DNA from: the human T2T-CHM13v2.0 reference genome, Homo sapiens
DNA: 64,000 nucleotides
Strand: one strand, 5' to 3'
Assembly: GCF_009914755.1 (NCBI RefSeq)
Contig: NC_060945.1
The position numbers and the translations under genes were made by a program. Shown here piece by piece: positions 30,280 to 44,480 of the stretch (positions are counted from its first letter, which is position 1; each line of letters opens with the position of its first letter). The notes under the pieces are model-generated. The model saw only the letters and a program-made list of their open reading frames with translations. It searched no databases and was not told where the DNA came from.

Positions 30280-31694
30280 TGTGAAATAATTTATTTTAGA
30301 TAATCATGCTGTCATATATTAGAATAATTAGGTAACACATTTAATAATATTTTATCTCCAATTTTAGCACATAATCGCTAAGAAGACAAAGAACTACAAT
30401 ATACATTTGCTAACTTTGCCATTAAAAATAAATTTTGTATAACTACTGTGTATATTTTGATTAGAAATAGTTGCATGTTTTAAAGATTGAAAAGATAATA
30501 TATCTTTATTTTAAAAAAACACAATAAGGAAAGAATAAGGTTAAATATAATTTTGCTAACTCTAAGAAATTTACTTTTTTATTATAACCATGGAAAAAGT
30601 TCTAGTTATTCCTTGATACTTTTGCATTGATGAATTAAAACCATAACCAAAGGTCCTATGTTTCAACTATATGATTTGGAAGATATTTCTCAAACATGCG
30701 TAACCTAAAAAAATTATGACTCATCTTAATATAGGCATATAAAATTATCCTTTTAATTTTTAAACAGATAATGCAATAATTATTATTGCTAGTTTTAAGT
30801 CTGTATATAAATTAAAAACCACAATTTTTAATTAAAATGTATGTCAATTTAACGTTTAATATGAAAGGAATGCTATACATGATATATGTTAATATACTCT
30901 TATCATTACCACTGCAGTGGCAGATATTGTCAAATGTTATTAGATAATCTGCATTTGAAAAAATAAAATATTCCATTTATTTAATTGAAGGTTAGTTCCT
31001 TATAAATACATTTTCGTTATAAGATAATCGGCCTTTTGGGTTTCTCTTGGCTATATACACTGTGAGTACTTTTTAGATTGTCTATTTTACAACATATTTA
31101 TAAAAGTTATATGTTTAATACAGATTTTTGATGTTTGCATATGTTTGTATATATATACATATGTGTATTATTTATGTGTACATAGACTATATATATATAT
31201 ACATATACACATTTGGATGTTACTCATGATGTGTATGTGTGTTTAACCTGTAGTAGCATTAATTTATATGCATGAAATATATAAATAATAAATTTTGGTT
31301 CTTTTGTGTTATATACAGAGGATATTTCCACCTAAAATTTATAAAAATTAACATACATATTTTCTTCTTAATATGCAATTTAATTTAGTGTTTACTATTA
31401 ACATTGTGCCCATTTGTACTTTATTTTTCCATCTAGAATTGGAATTCACTTACCTCAATTGTGTGGGTCAATAAATTGCTTTTATTTTGTAAGCAATTTC
31501 AAGCCCAGTGTTCTGTTATTCGCAACTGAAAAAAAAAATCCTAACTTGTTCTTCTTTAAAATCTCAGCGAATGACTTTAGAAAAATGAGAATGTGTGGTT
31601 CCTTTACCATCCTGCACTCCACAAAAAAAAGATCAGATGTAAATCTGGCAGAGAGGATCAGAACTGGGTGCCTCTCTTGGTTCTTCTCTCTCAG

Positions 31695-31733
31695 TGTTGA
31701 CTCCATCCACAAACTCTCTTGGTGCTTTTTCAG
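31695..31733 (+). other. Candidate 39-nt exon (or the 3' part of a longer exon)
   Basis: ttcttctctctcAG acceptor and consensus CAG|GTAAGT donor in non-repeat sequence. Confidence 0.3.
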
Positions 31734-32000
31734 GTAAGTTCAATTTAAATTAGAAAATGAGATTTTCTATCTTCTAAAACCTACGTCACAATTTATAAGG
31801 TTAATGTTTTCTTTTCAATTTGATTAAAAACTCTTGGTGAATTCAATAGTTAGGCTCTCATAAATCTGCATAGATAAATATTGGTCCCTCTATATTGGTT
31901 GTAAAATAATTCTGAAAGAAATAATCTTCTATTTGTGTGGAGTTTGTACTATAAAATCTTGTGCAACCTTTAACGCCCTCTTTTTTTCTCTTTGGAAAAG

Positions 32001-32022
32001 TGGGTATGGCAGGAGCTTGACG
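32001..32022 (+). other. Candidate 22-nt micro-exon
   Basis: tttaac branch-like motif, pyrimidine tract, aAG acceptor, ACG|GTAAGT donor. Confidence 0.3.
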
Positions 32023-33429
32023 GTAAGTTAATTAGTAGCATAATCTAGTGTCTCTGAAGACAATCATTGAATTTCTCCCAATGGTTCTTTCCATGATATT
32101 TAAGGAAAAGTAGCAGGTATCAGGGAAAGGAAAATATGGTATTAAGTTTATACATTCCTCCTATTTTTCTTTCCTGAAGAGCATAAGAATATACCTGTCT
32201 TTATTGGCTTTGATGTTAAAACTAATTAACTAAAAAAACTTCAAAATTAGGTGTGATTCTATCCCTTTTTCTCAAGTCCCTACATTGATTTATAAAGTAA
32301 ACATTCCCAATGCCAACACTTTCATTAAATTTGATTAGGAAAAATTTGATTTGTGAATGTTGTAATTTTATTTCACTATTAAGGAATTATCTATACCTGC
32401 CTGCTTAACTGCCTATTTCATGTGTCTCTCAGAAAGACTTTTCATGGTTTAAGAAGCAGAAAACCAGGTTGCCTATTCAAAGATTTCTTCATACAATTAG
32501 GAGAGAAAGGCTGAACCTGACAGCCAAGATGTCTTTAATTTAAAAGTCTTCGAGATATTGTTCCTTGGAGAAGGAGAATATTAGTAGGGTCATTTAATAT
32601 GTCACAACTTTTTTTTTTCAATAAACATTGAACCGTACCCTGACCCAGAACTGACTGTGTGCAAAGCATTTTGTCTTGCATCAATTCATAGAGTTTGTGT
32701 TTTAAGTTTGAAAAAATTCCCAAATTTCGAGAACTCTTGTGTTTTTACTACCATATTTAGTCTCTTATGACAAAGCAATAGGTAGTGAATGAGAATCAGC
32801 GTCTAATGAAGTTTTAGCAATGTATTGTTTACATAGTTTACATACTGGAAGCCTGACTAATGAAAGAGTAAATTAATGAATAAGGTAAAGCAAAGATAGC
32901 TAATGTCAACAAAGTCTCCTATATCATCTTTTCTGCATAGAAATAATTTATTATAAAATGCATACTTTTAGAAAGAACAAAGAATAAGGAGAGAATCTTA
33001 CATTCTATGTTTTCTATTTAGCTTAATCTAATTTTGAGTTACTTCTTTCTGGACATGCAAGTTTATACATTTAGTTCAAACATTTCAAAAGGATATCTAA
33101 CAACAGGACTATAAAATTGAAGATTTGAAGATAAGTCATCATAACTACATTTTTGGTCAAGAGCCAATGAAGTAACGTGAAATTCAGTGATTCTTTTCAA
33201 TGTTTACATTTCAATACAATTGCACTGAACACAAAAAGTTATAAAAATGCTTCTTTAATTTAGTAACAATTTAATATAACAGAATTTTCATATAGATGTT
33301 TTTTGAAAAGTGTTGTTTTATGCTCACTACACAATGGAAGTGACATTTAAATCATACTTAAATATTTTTATCAACATTATGATTAAATTTTGTTCTTTCC
33401 TTTGTGACCTCTTTTTGTACTTTGAAATT

Positions 33430-34840
33430 GTTTTCTTTTTCTTTTATTCACTTTATTTTAAGTTCAGGGCGGGGTACGTGTACAGATTTGTTATATAGGT
33501 AAACTCATGTAACAGGGGTTTGTTGTACAGATTACTCCATCACTTGGGTACTAAACCTAGAAGCCAATCATTATTTTTTCTGATCCTCTTCCTCCTACCA
33601 CCTTTCACCCTCTGGTAGGCCCCAGTGTCTTGTTCCCTCTATGTATTCATGTGTTCTCATATTTTAGCTCCCACTTACAAGAGAGAACATGAGGTGTTTG
33701 CTTTTCTCTTGCTGCATTAGTGTGCAGGAAAATGGTCTCCAGCTCCATTCATGTTCCTGCAAAAGAAATGTCCTCATGCTTTTTTATGGCTGCATAGTAA
33801 TCCATGGTGTATATGTTCCATGTTTTCTTCATACAGTCTACTGTTGATGAGCATTTAGGTTAAGTCCTTGTCTTTGCTGTTGTGGCTAGTGCTACAGTGA
33901 AGATACTGTCATTTTTTTATGATAGAATAATGTATATTTCCTTGGGCATATACCCAGTAATGTGATTGTTGGGTTGAATGGTAGTTCTGTTTTTAGGTCT
34001 CTGAGGAATTGCAACACTGTTTTCCACAGTGGTTGAACTAACTTAGATTCCCACGACATTTGATATTAGCTATCTTTGCTTTACCTTATTCATTAGAAAA
34101 AAAATGTTTTTTGTAAAACGAAAGGCATTTCTTTTTCTCTCAGCCTTGCCAGTGCCTGCTATTTTTTGACATTTTAGTACTAGTCATTCTGACCAGTGGG
34201 AGATGGTATCTCATTGTGGTTTTGATTCGCATTTCTCTATTGATCAGTAATGTTGAGCCTTTCCTCATATGATTATTGGCCACATGTATGTCTTCTTTTG
34301 AAAAGTGTCTGTTCATGCCCTTTGCCTACTTTTTAAGGGGTTGTTTGCTTTTTCCTTGTAAATTTGTTTCAGTTCCTTATAGATACTGAATATTAGATCT
34401 TTGTCAGATGCATAGTTTGCAAATTTTTTCTCCATTGTGTAGGTTGTCTGTTTGCTCTGTTGATAGTTTCTTTTGCTGTGCAGAAGCTCTTTAGTTTAAT
34501 TAGATCCCATTCGTCAGTTTTTGCTTTAGTTGAGATGGCGTTTGGTGTCTTCATCATGAAGTCTTTGTCCATTCCTATGCCAATAATGGTATTGCCTGGA
34601 TTGTCTTCCAGGGTTTGTATAGTTTTGGCTTTTACATTTAAGTCTTTAATACATTTTGAGTTGATTTTTGTGTATGGTGGAAGGAATAGAGCCAGTTTCA
34701 ATCTTCTGCATATGATTAGCAAGTTATCTCACATTATTTATTGAATAGGGAGTCCTATTCCCATTGCTTATTTTTGTCAGCTTTCTCGGGTTATTATAGG
34801 TGTGCAGCCTTATTTCTGGGCTCTCTATTCTGTTCCATTT
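33430..34840 (-). mobile_element. LINE-1 (about L1PA13) 3' ~1.4 kb
   Basis: 3' UTR gttatataggtaaactcatg...gtttgttgtacagatta; ORF 34393-34722(-) is ORF2-like. Confidence 0.93.
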
Positions 34841-34868
34841 CAATGAAATATCAATTTCATTGAGCTGG

Positions 34869-35337
34869 ATTAAAGACTTAAATGTAAAACCAAAAACTAT
34901 ACAAACCCAGGAAGAGAACCTAGGAAATACCATTCTTGGCATAGGAATGCCAAAGATTTCATGATGAAGACACCAAAAGCCATTGCAAGAAAAGCAAAAA
35001 CAGATGAATGGGATCTAATTAAACTAAAGAGCTTCTGCACAGCAAAAGAAACTATCAACAGAGTAAACAGATAACTTACATGATGGAAGAAAAAATTTGC
35101 AAACTATGCATCTGACAAAGGTCTTATATTCAGCATCTTTAAGGCACTTACAGAAATTTACAAAAAAAAGCAAACAACCCCTGAAAAAGTAGGCAAAGGG
35201 CATGAACAGACACTTTTCAAAAGAAGACATACATGTGGCCAATAACCATATGAAAAAAAAGCTCAATATCACTGATCAATAGAGAAATGCAAATCAAAAC
35301 CACAATGAGATACTGTCTCATACCAGTCAGAATGACT
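34869..35337 (+). mobile_element. Inverted duplicate of L1 segment 34182-34650
   Basis: ~89-90% identical to the reverse complement of 34182-34650, sharing apparently non-consensus bases. Confidence 0.9.
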
Positions 35338-35339
35338 TG

Positions 35340-35626
35340 TTTTGAGACAGAATATATGGTCTATCCTTGAGAATTATCATGTGCTGAGGAAAAGAATATG
35401 TATTCTGTAGTTGTTGGATTAAGTGATCTGTATATATCTGTTAGATCCATTTGGTCTATTGTGTAGATTAAGTCCGATGTTTCCTGATTTTTTGTCTGGA
35501 AGATCTGTTCGGTGCTAAGAGTTGGGGATTGAAGTCTCCAGCTATTATTGTACTGGGGCCTATCTCCCTCTTTAGCTTAATAATATTTGCTTTATATATC
35601 TAGGTGCCCCAATATTGGTTGCATAT
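35340..35626 (-). mobile_element. Older L1M/L1PB ORF2 endonuclease-region fragment
   Basis: atatggtctatccttgagaat...gaagtctccagctattattgtactgggg. Confidence 0.8.
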
Positions 35627-36100
35627 TTTGAGTTGGGTTTCATTGCTTGTAACCCAAAAGAGAGAAATTTAATACAGGTATTGATATATAACAGAGGGTT
35701 TTGCAAGTGACAAACCTTATAATATAGAATTAGCTGAGCTAATCATGAGGATGGACTGGACACTGCCTCCATTCCCATTGGGTTGTTGGAAACCTCACTG
35801 TATAAAACCCAAACATTGTTATGAAATGTTCTCTGCCATGCCTTGGGATTCAGAATCATTGGACTGAGAATTTTAAGGAATTTTGTAGGACACTTTCCAG
35901 ATGTTTGTTTATTTTGGCTAGTTGTGCCTGTCAACAGGATTAAAAAGGTAGTGTCAGATAGTATTTGGTCATGCAAACAATTATACCAGAAGGTAATTAA
36001 TTTGCATTGTGCATGCATACACCTGGTGGAAAAGGTACTTCTCACCAAGACATACCCGACACATACCTTAAACTCTTCTTCCATCCTGATGTGAAGACTG
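35627..36100 (+). mobile_element. MLT1 LTR 3' end followed by MaLR internal fragment
   Basis: ttgagttgggtttcattgcttgtaacccaaaagag...taataca terminus, then internal-like sequence. Confidence 0.5.
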
Positions 36101-37104
36101 TGATGCAATTATTATGTCAGAGCCTAGAAAATTCAAGAGGCTCCACTTCTTTATATGCATACACATTTATATGTATGATATGATATAAAATATGCATCAT
36201 TAATTCTTTTTCAACTCACTGAGATAAAGTAGTTCAATGGCTAGATAGCAATCATGATAATGTTGAATTTTTTCAGAAAAAAAGCAAAGTTGTATTGGAT
36301 CAAGTTCATCCAGAATCCAGGCAATGCCTTTGCTACAGACATATTTATAACTTAACACTTTTGCAAGAATTTTTCAGGGACACTCTCTCATTGACTGGTG
36401 GCAGAATGTAACAGTATTAATGGACATAAGAGCTTAGGTCCTCTTGTGAGAAAGTGATAAATGGTCTTATTTCTTTCGGTTCCATTGTTCAGTATATCTC
36501 TTTGAGTAAATGCTGAAGACTGTAATAAATTCTCATCATATTTCCAGAACCTCTTCTTTATAGTGAAGGTTGTTTGGATATGAGCTTGCCAGCACTTTCC
36601 AATAAAACTTCACTGTCAAAACGTCAATTAAAGTAAAATTTGTCAGTTTGTCTAAAAGTTGGATTAATGTTAATCACGTCCTGAAATAGATGCCTACTTT
36701 GATGTGTGGTTTAAAAAAATTAAGGATTATTGCACTTCTAGAAATATATTCATTTTCTTCATGTCTTATTTTTCAAAGAACTTCCAGCATAGCACAATAT
36801 TATTTTTTTCTTTAAATTTTATATATTCTATAAATATCACTGCACTAAGTGGTAAAAACTATTTTATTTTATTCAAAAAATAAAGTTTCATCACCTATCA
36901 CTACCTATACATATATATAGTGATAGATAATCAATATAGACATAGAAATAGATATAGTTGATATAGGTATAGATGTAGACATAGACATAAAGAGTGTGAA
37001 TGAAACTGCAGGCTTTTCACATTCTTAATTATGTAAGTGCTCTTACTATTACAACTTTGTCAGGCAAACACAAATTAAACCTAACTTATTACCATTGCAA
37101 ATTC

Positions 37105-37310
37105 TGAGATTACAAGAAGATTTGAATCTTGACTTTGACACCCAATAGCTCTATGATGCTGGACAAGTTGTGGAACTTCTATAAACTTCATTTTCTTAAC
37201 CTAAATAATAGATATATAATGGTTTAATATGAAAAATAATTGACATAAATTATTCAAAGCTGTTGGAAGAGCCCTGGTTACCTAATAAATAGCCATAAAT
37301 ATTGGTTGAT
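37105..37310 (+). mobile_element. MIR
   Basis: tttgaatcttgact...ggacaagtt...ttcattttcttaacctaaaat. Confidence 0.65.
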
Positions 37311-38856
37311 TGCATTGTCACCACTGTTGTAAATCTTTTTATTGTTACTATGAAATATATCTTAGCCACTCAGCCACAAATTATATACATATGTATATAT
37401 ACCAAGATGGAATACACACACACACATGCACACACACATGTACATAATATTTCAAGGATGTGGCTGGTGATTTTCTATTATAGCAAAATTACATATTCAT
37501 AAACTGACAGTTTCTTAAAGTTGTATATTATTTATAGATTCCACATTCATGTTACTTTGTGAAATTAAGATGTTATGCCCATCTGAAATTTTAATACTTA
37601 AGGGTATACTTTTCTTTTTACATAGACAATTTAGAATAATAAAACTAGATTTAAAATTTTAAACCAGAGATTTTGGTAGAATCTGGTGGGAGTTCTATCC
37701 CTCCTACTGCCTGGCCATGAGATCTCAGGGATGCATGTATTTTGTCTGAATCAAAAACCTACTTAGTACCATCATGAGTACTGCAAATGTGGCATTATGT
37801 GCCATTATAAGACTCCCAACAGAGTCTGAATTTCCAAATATATTTGTATGTTTAAAATAAACTTTAAAAACTCTACTGATAAAATAAGTTGAAAACTTGA
37901 AAATTGTAAATGTTAAAAAGTAAGAATAAAGGCCATGAATTCCTCCACTAGAGAAAACCCTTGCTAAAATCGTAGGTCATGTCTTTCCAATCCTTCTGTG
38001 GATCCAAAAACGTGTTTCCTTCAATCAGACACTGGGCAGGTAAGAAACATGATGTTTGTATCTTTTGAAAATTATAAAGAACTTGCAACCAAAAAACTTG
38101 CATTGAGTTATTTAAGATTTATACATTTCAATAATTTAAACCACAGTTCCAAATAGCCTCACATGCTTCTACCTCCAAAGGCCTTCTCTTTTGTTCCCAC
38201 ACTACACTTTCTGTCTTAATATCCTCCTTTCTCAACTCTGCCCTTTCCAGAAATTTTTGTCTTAAGGAACTCAGGAAAATTTTTCTTTCCATGTCTCTGT
38301 GGCTAAAAAGACAGACAATTAACCTTTAAATTACGCTTTTCTTGTAAAATCTGCTTGAATTACTTTTTATTTATTCAATGATCAGTGGAATTTTACATTA
38401 TTATTAATTTTTATATTGTGAGAGAGTGTCTTATCAACCCAAATTATAAAGATAATCACAGATAATTATAAGATTTGCATGTACTGAGTTTATGGGCACT
38501 ATTATTTTTCTAAATTCTTAAAAAAGTTATATATTAATTTTTCTAAACAGAAAATAATATCTTAAAATAATCTTTAGAAATGTAAACACCCCTTGAGTTG
38601 TCAAATCCTTTTAGGGAAAAAAAAATTTATCCCAAGGAGAAAAATATCAACATAGTGCAACACTATTTCTCACCAAGGATGTTCTTTATGGAAACTATGT
38701 AGCTTTTAATGTTGATACTAGCCTCATGAGTCAATAAGAAACACTGTGTTTAGTTTAAAGGGGTGAAGTAACCCAAAGCAAAGACAGATTTTTTTTTTTA
38801 ATTTTGTTGAGAAACAAGTTTTCTGAATATGATGAACTCAGGGGAAAGTTGTCAAG

Positions 38857-39164
38857 TTTTTTGTTTGTTTGTTTGTTTTGTTTTTTTAGACAGTCTTGCT
38901 CTGATGCCCCAGGCTGGAGTGCAGTGATGGATTGGCTCACCCTGCAACCTTTGCCTCCCGGATTCAAGCAATTCTCCTGTCTCAGCCTCCCGAGTAGCTG
39001 GGACTACAGGCACAGGCCACCATGCCTGGCTAATATTTGTATTTTTAGTAGAGACAGGGTTTCACCATATTGGTCAGGCTGATCTTGAACTCCTGACCTC
39101 AGGTGATACGCCTGCCTCAGCCTCCCAGTGTTGGGATTACAGGCATGAACCGCCATGCCAGGCC
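38857..39164 (-). mobile_element. Alu (AluSx-like), (TTTG)n tail
   Basis: Full antisense dimer; tgtcaa on both flanks. Confidence 0.96.
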
Positions 39165-40826
39165 TGTCAAAACTTTTGTGTAAATCGGTCCCTCTGTTCA
39201 ACATGCAATTCTTCCTTAAAATGTAGTATATTTTAATACATTACTTTGTTATGTTTTGTCATCATTTTGATTTTATCTTCTTCCAATGTAATTTTTTTAA
39301 ATAATAAAATTTAATATATATCAAGTAGCATATCTTCAGTTCCTGGAGCCTAGAGCTTTCACCTTCTTGTTGGATTAAACAAAATATTTAAAAAGCCTCA
39401 GCAGTTGGAGGAGTTTATTCAATAAATGCATATGTTTATTAATGTGTTGTTTCTGAAGCTTTTCCTTTGATGATCTCTTACCCACATCTTTACTTAACAT
39501 CATATGATCCAATGTAACACATCCTTATTTGAAATATTGTGTATTGTAATAGTTATAACCAATTGTGACTAAAATTAATTTTTAAAAGGAGAAAATGCTA
39601 TAAAGCATGCCAAATTATTATTATACAGTTCATATAATCTGTCTTCTACTTGCCAATACATGCCATATTTAATCTTTTGAACATTAGAATTTGATATTAA
39701 AAAATTTCATATTGGAGTACCATGGTTGTAAGAAAAATTTCTCCAGGTCAAATAAAAAAATGTATTAGTGTAAGAAAAAGAGCCTGTTCTTTAATGTTTA
39801 CTAGCTCAATATTGGCTTACTTTCTCAATCACTGGAACTTTCTACTTTAGGAACTGGTGGTATGGTCAAGAACATTACTCTTTACTGTTAGGGGTTTAAA
39901 AAATTCTCCTTACAGTTTCTCTGCTCAAATATTTCTCTTTGGAAAACTTTTTAAATTATTGTCACTTTTATATTTTTTTAACCAGATTGGAACTTACAGT
40001 CTATTATCATTATCTGCTCATACAATTTTCTAAAATTCACTTGAGGTGCAGGTTTTCATTCATTTAATTGTGAAATTCTGATCAGCCTCAAACTAGAGTC
40101 TAATAAATCAAAATAACCAATATATTGGCTTATCAAAAAGAAAATGGACTGCCATAAATTTCTCTTCTCTTTGTATGTATGAACCACCCTACTTCACTCA
40201 TCTAGAGATTAAGTTCAAACCTCTACCACACTGAATCAGTGCTGCACTGACCAAAAACATATAGCAGCAGTGACACAAAACCTGTCCTTCAAGACGGTTT
40301 CTGTTACTATGTCTTATCATAGAGGCTTAAACTTTCACATTAGAGGTTTGTACTGGAAAGAAATGACATAGGCAGGAGTGTGGAAGCATAAGAAATTAAG
40401 AAAAAATATGGTCTAATCTTATTAAGGTTTCAGGTTGTTATCTGCCCTATACCCCCTGCCCTTCATTGCTACCAATAATTTATTCCAAGTGCCTACAAAA
40501 GGACCTGGTCCAAGATGGGATGAATAAATAACTGCTGGCATCACAAGAAATAACTATTCTAAAATAAACCCATTTCATTTTCTGAAATCTGCATATAAAT
40601 ATACCAGGTTCTGTGACCTACAATGGAAATTATTTTCTATTCTTCAGCAGGCATTACAAAGTATAACTCCTCACCAACACTAAACATCAGTCCTCACCAA
40701 AACTCCCGCCTTTTCCCTTTGGCCTAATTCATGAAATTAATAGTCAGACACATATTTTTCTTGTTAATGAAGATCCTCTTTCTATAAATATTTTGATTGC
40801 ACATATTTACTTTAAAATGTAGTTTA

Positions 40827-41114
<288 letters not shown>

Positions 41115-41380
41115 GTTTAGTTTCTAGAATAATTGTTCAAAGAACTATTTTCTTTCGCTGTTGTAGTGCGTCATATACCCCTCTCTCATTCAAGTATTTC
41201 TACCCTTAAAAAATAATTTTTTCTTGAATCTACCTTACTCTCAGAACTTTACCTCTTTTTTTCTTCATTTATTTGGTAGCCAAATCTCTTTATTTTACTT
41301 TATTCCTGGCACTTATTATAACTAGTTAGGCTATCTCTTTATTTCAAGAGCTTTTAGGATGCTGGCAATTAAATGAAACC

Positions 41381-42087
41381 TGTCTTTTTTTTTTTTTTTT
41401 CTGTGCTGCTATAACAGAACACCACAGAACAGGTAATTTGTAATGAACAGAAAATTACTGGCTCATGATTCTGAAGGCTGGGAAGTCCAAGATCCAGAAA
41501 ACGACATCTGGTGAGGGCCTTCTTACTGTGTCATCCCATGGCAGGAGGTGGAAGGATGAGAGAGCAATAGAGATAGAGTGATAAAAGTCCAAATTCAGGG
41601 CCAGGCACAGTGGCTCATGCCTGTAATCCCAGCACTTGGGAGGCCAAGGAGGGAAGACTACTTAAGTTCAGAAGTTCAAGAGCAGCCTGGCCAACATGGG
41701 GAAACGCCATCTCTACTAAAAATACAAAAATGAGCCAGATGTAGTGGTATGCATCTATAATCCCAGCTGCTTGGGGGAGGCTGAGGCATAAGAATCACTT
41801 GGATCCGGAAGGTGGAGGTTGTAGTGAACCAAGATCATTCCACTGCACTCCAGCCTGGGTGACAGAATAAGAATAAGAATCTTGTCTCAAAAAAACCCAA
41901 AAAATCCAAATTGAAATTCAGCCTTTTACAAGAAACTCACACCAAATGATAATAATATTAATCTCTACATAAAGGAAAAGCCTTCATGTCCTAATCATCT
42001 TTCACTAGACCCAACCACCCATCATGCTTGTATTAAGGATTAAGTTTTCAACACGTACTTTTTGGGGGACACATTCAAACCATAGGA
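41381..42087 (-). mobile_element. MaLR solo LTR (MSTC/MSTD-like) interrupted by an Alu
   Basis: gtgctgctataacagaacaccacag...gctgggaagtccaagatc...gggacacattcaaaccatag. Confidence 0.88.
41599..41905 (+). mobile_element. Alu (old S/J-like) inside the MST LTR
   Basis: Dimer; TSD-like aaaagtccaaattcag / aaaaatccaaatt. Confidence 0.95.
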
Positions 42088-43339
42088 GAGCCTCTGTTAG
42101 TTAAAATGCTGGGTTCTTTAAAAATATCTTTATGAAAATATTAAATGCACATAATATAGAATAAAATAGTACTGAAAAACTCAAAATCAAAAAACAGCAA
42201 AAATGCTATCTACTGCTCATAATTTCTTTAGTTATTTACTACTTTTCTGAATCTATTTTCAATGTGTTCTTTTAATATTTATCATTATTTTCTGGATAGC
42301 AGGCTCCATATATTTTTCACTTTTTAGTTGCACTTATTATCTACTGATTTTCTATGAGTGATGATGACAATTTAACTCTCTTATACTCCCACTCTCTCTC
42401 AATTTTTCCTCCCCAGATAATTTTAATATATTTCTTTTATGTGCGGTAAAACTACATTACAGTTTGAAACCTCTTATGAATATGGAAATATTATTGAGTA
42501 ATAAATAAGTACTTATTGTTAGTCACATTTGTTTCCCTGCAACCTTTTCCATTTTTCCAAGCATTAGTTCCACTCTTCTCACTTTTCAGATTTGTTTGAC
42601 TTTTTTCAAGACCATTTAATTGTTCTATATAATCTCCAACCTAACCTCCAACAAATTAGTAAAACCCCTTTTAATCAAATTTTTTCAACAATCAAACTTA
42701 CCAAATAGCCCATTACGTAATTTTTCTGTCCTTTTGAGACTTTTTTCCTTTTCTTTTTTTTTTTTTTCTAGAGGTTTCTATCCTCTTATTTCAACCTGGA
42801 CTTGTAACTCTAGGAAAATTGCACAGTTGTTGTTGTTTGACTTCTTGTCACAGTAGGAATTTTCCCTCTCCTATATCCTAAATAGGATCTACTTTTTTCT
42901 AGAACCCTGTGTTTTTGTAGTTGTTTACTGACTTAAATGGTATAGAATGTAGTTCATTTATTTCTTGAGAAAGGATAGTAAATAGGACAATTTTGAGACT
43001 ACATTTTTCCAAGTAGTTTTACTCTACTTGAACACCTGTATGATAGTTTGCTGAGTAAAAAAGAGAAGTTGGAATTAATTGTCCTTAACTGTTAAAGATA
43101 TTGCAATATTGGTCATTTGGCTTTGGTTATCATGTTGAGAAGGCTAATACTTTCCTATTTTTTTTTATTCTGCTATTTTTTATTCAGATATCTTTAAGAA
43201 TTAGCTCTTTATCCTGATAATCTCAAATTTTAGAATGATTTATCTTTGTCTGGGGTATCCATGGAATTGAGTGCACAGTGGACCATCTCAATGTGGAAAC
43301 TCATCTCTTCCATTTTAAATAAATTTCATTTAAAAAAAA

Positions 43340-43640
43340 ATACGGATTCACTAAAAGTTTCAAAAACTGTATAAAGAATTTTATGTAACCTTCACTCAGC
43401 TGCCCCAAAGTGGTGAGACCTTATATAGCTGTAGCACAATATCAAACCAGAAAATTGACATTGGCATATTACTTTTAATAAGACTACAAATCTTATACAG
43501 GTTTACCTTTTTAAACTTAACCTATGTGTGTTTGCAATTGTATTCCATGTATTGATTTATGCAACTTTGCTCCATATGTTAATTTATGTGACCACCAGCA
43601 CAATTAAGATACAGGACTTTCTTAATCATCTTAAATTCTT
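43340..43640 (-). mobile_element. L1MC-like 3' fragment
   Basis: aaccttcactcagctgcccc...gcacaatatcaaaccagaaaattgacattgg. Confidence 0.7.
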
Positions 43641-43657
43641 ACATTCTTCCCTCATTA

Positions 43658-43660
<3 letters not shown>

Positions 43661-43699
<39 letters not shown>
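43661..43699. repeat. (TC)n microsatellite
   Basis: About 19 perfect units, read directly. Confidence 0.98.
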
Positions 43700-43701
<2 letters not shown>

Positions 43702-44059
43702 CTCCCTCCTTCATCCTCTCCTGTCTCATTCTTTAACTGACATAGAGGATTGACTTTGTTTCTGGTCTTTAAAAGTTGGGAAGTCTTGGGGTCTTCTCTA
43801 TGGCTGACCAAATACAGTGGACTCAACATCATTTGAGTTGCATGAACTCAGGCATAAACTGGCTTTTCTGCAGTTCACCAGAGCATCAACATCTATCTAT
43901 AACCTTTTCAGGTTCCAGACTAGTGACAGAAATTCTTCAGAAAAGCCTAATTCATTCCTAGCCTTCTCTAACTCCATGTTATTATACTCCTTAGTTACAT
44001 CATCTTTGGCTACACAATTTATTTAAAAATCATCATCTGTTACTACAAGATTTATTTAA

Positions 44060-44480
44060 AATCTAGATATGAATGACTCTTGTTTCATCTCCAACATTTA
44101 TTGTAAACAGCTAAATTCATATCTCAAATTATCTGCCACAAATCAATGTAAATATCCTGCTAGACTATGATTCAACATGTTGAAAACTAAACACATCACC
44201 TTCTCCTTTAAATGAATTCATCCTTCTTTTTTCTGATATTCTTCATTTTCCAGTAAGATGACTTGGCTCATCATGCCGCCATTTTCCAGAGTATACAAGC
44301 CACAAACCTTATATCATTGTCTAGTCATTTCTTTCTTTCCACATTCTCATTTTCTTAGTCAAAATAATATCTTATTCTGTGTCTGATATGTTGCACCTAA
44401 GTCCAAGCTCCTTAGTGCATCTATTGCAAATTCTTTGTCCTCACTATTCCTAGCTGGATAATTGTAATACAATAATGTTC
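44060..44480 (+). mobile_element. L2 fragment
   Basis: ttcaacatgttgaaaactaaacacatcaccttctcc...caagccacaaacctt. Confidence 0.6.

Noticed and set aside
44275-44285. YY1-like GCCGCCATTTT (also ggcgccatcttt at 18017-18028; CTCF-like motif at 56476-56489)
   Set aside because: Isolated short motifs with no promoter or CpG-island context.
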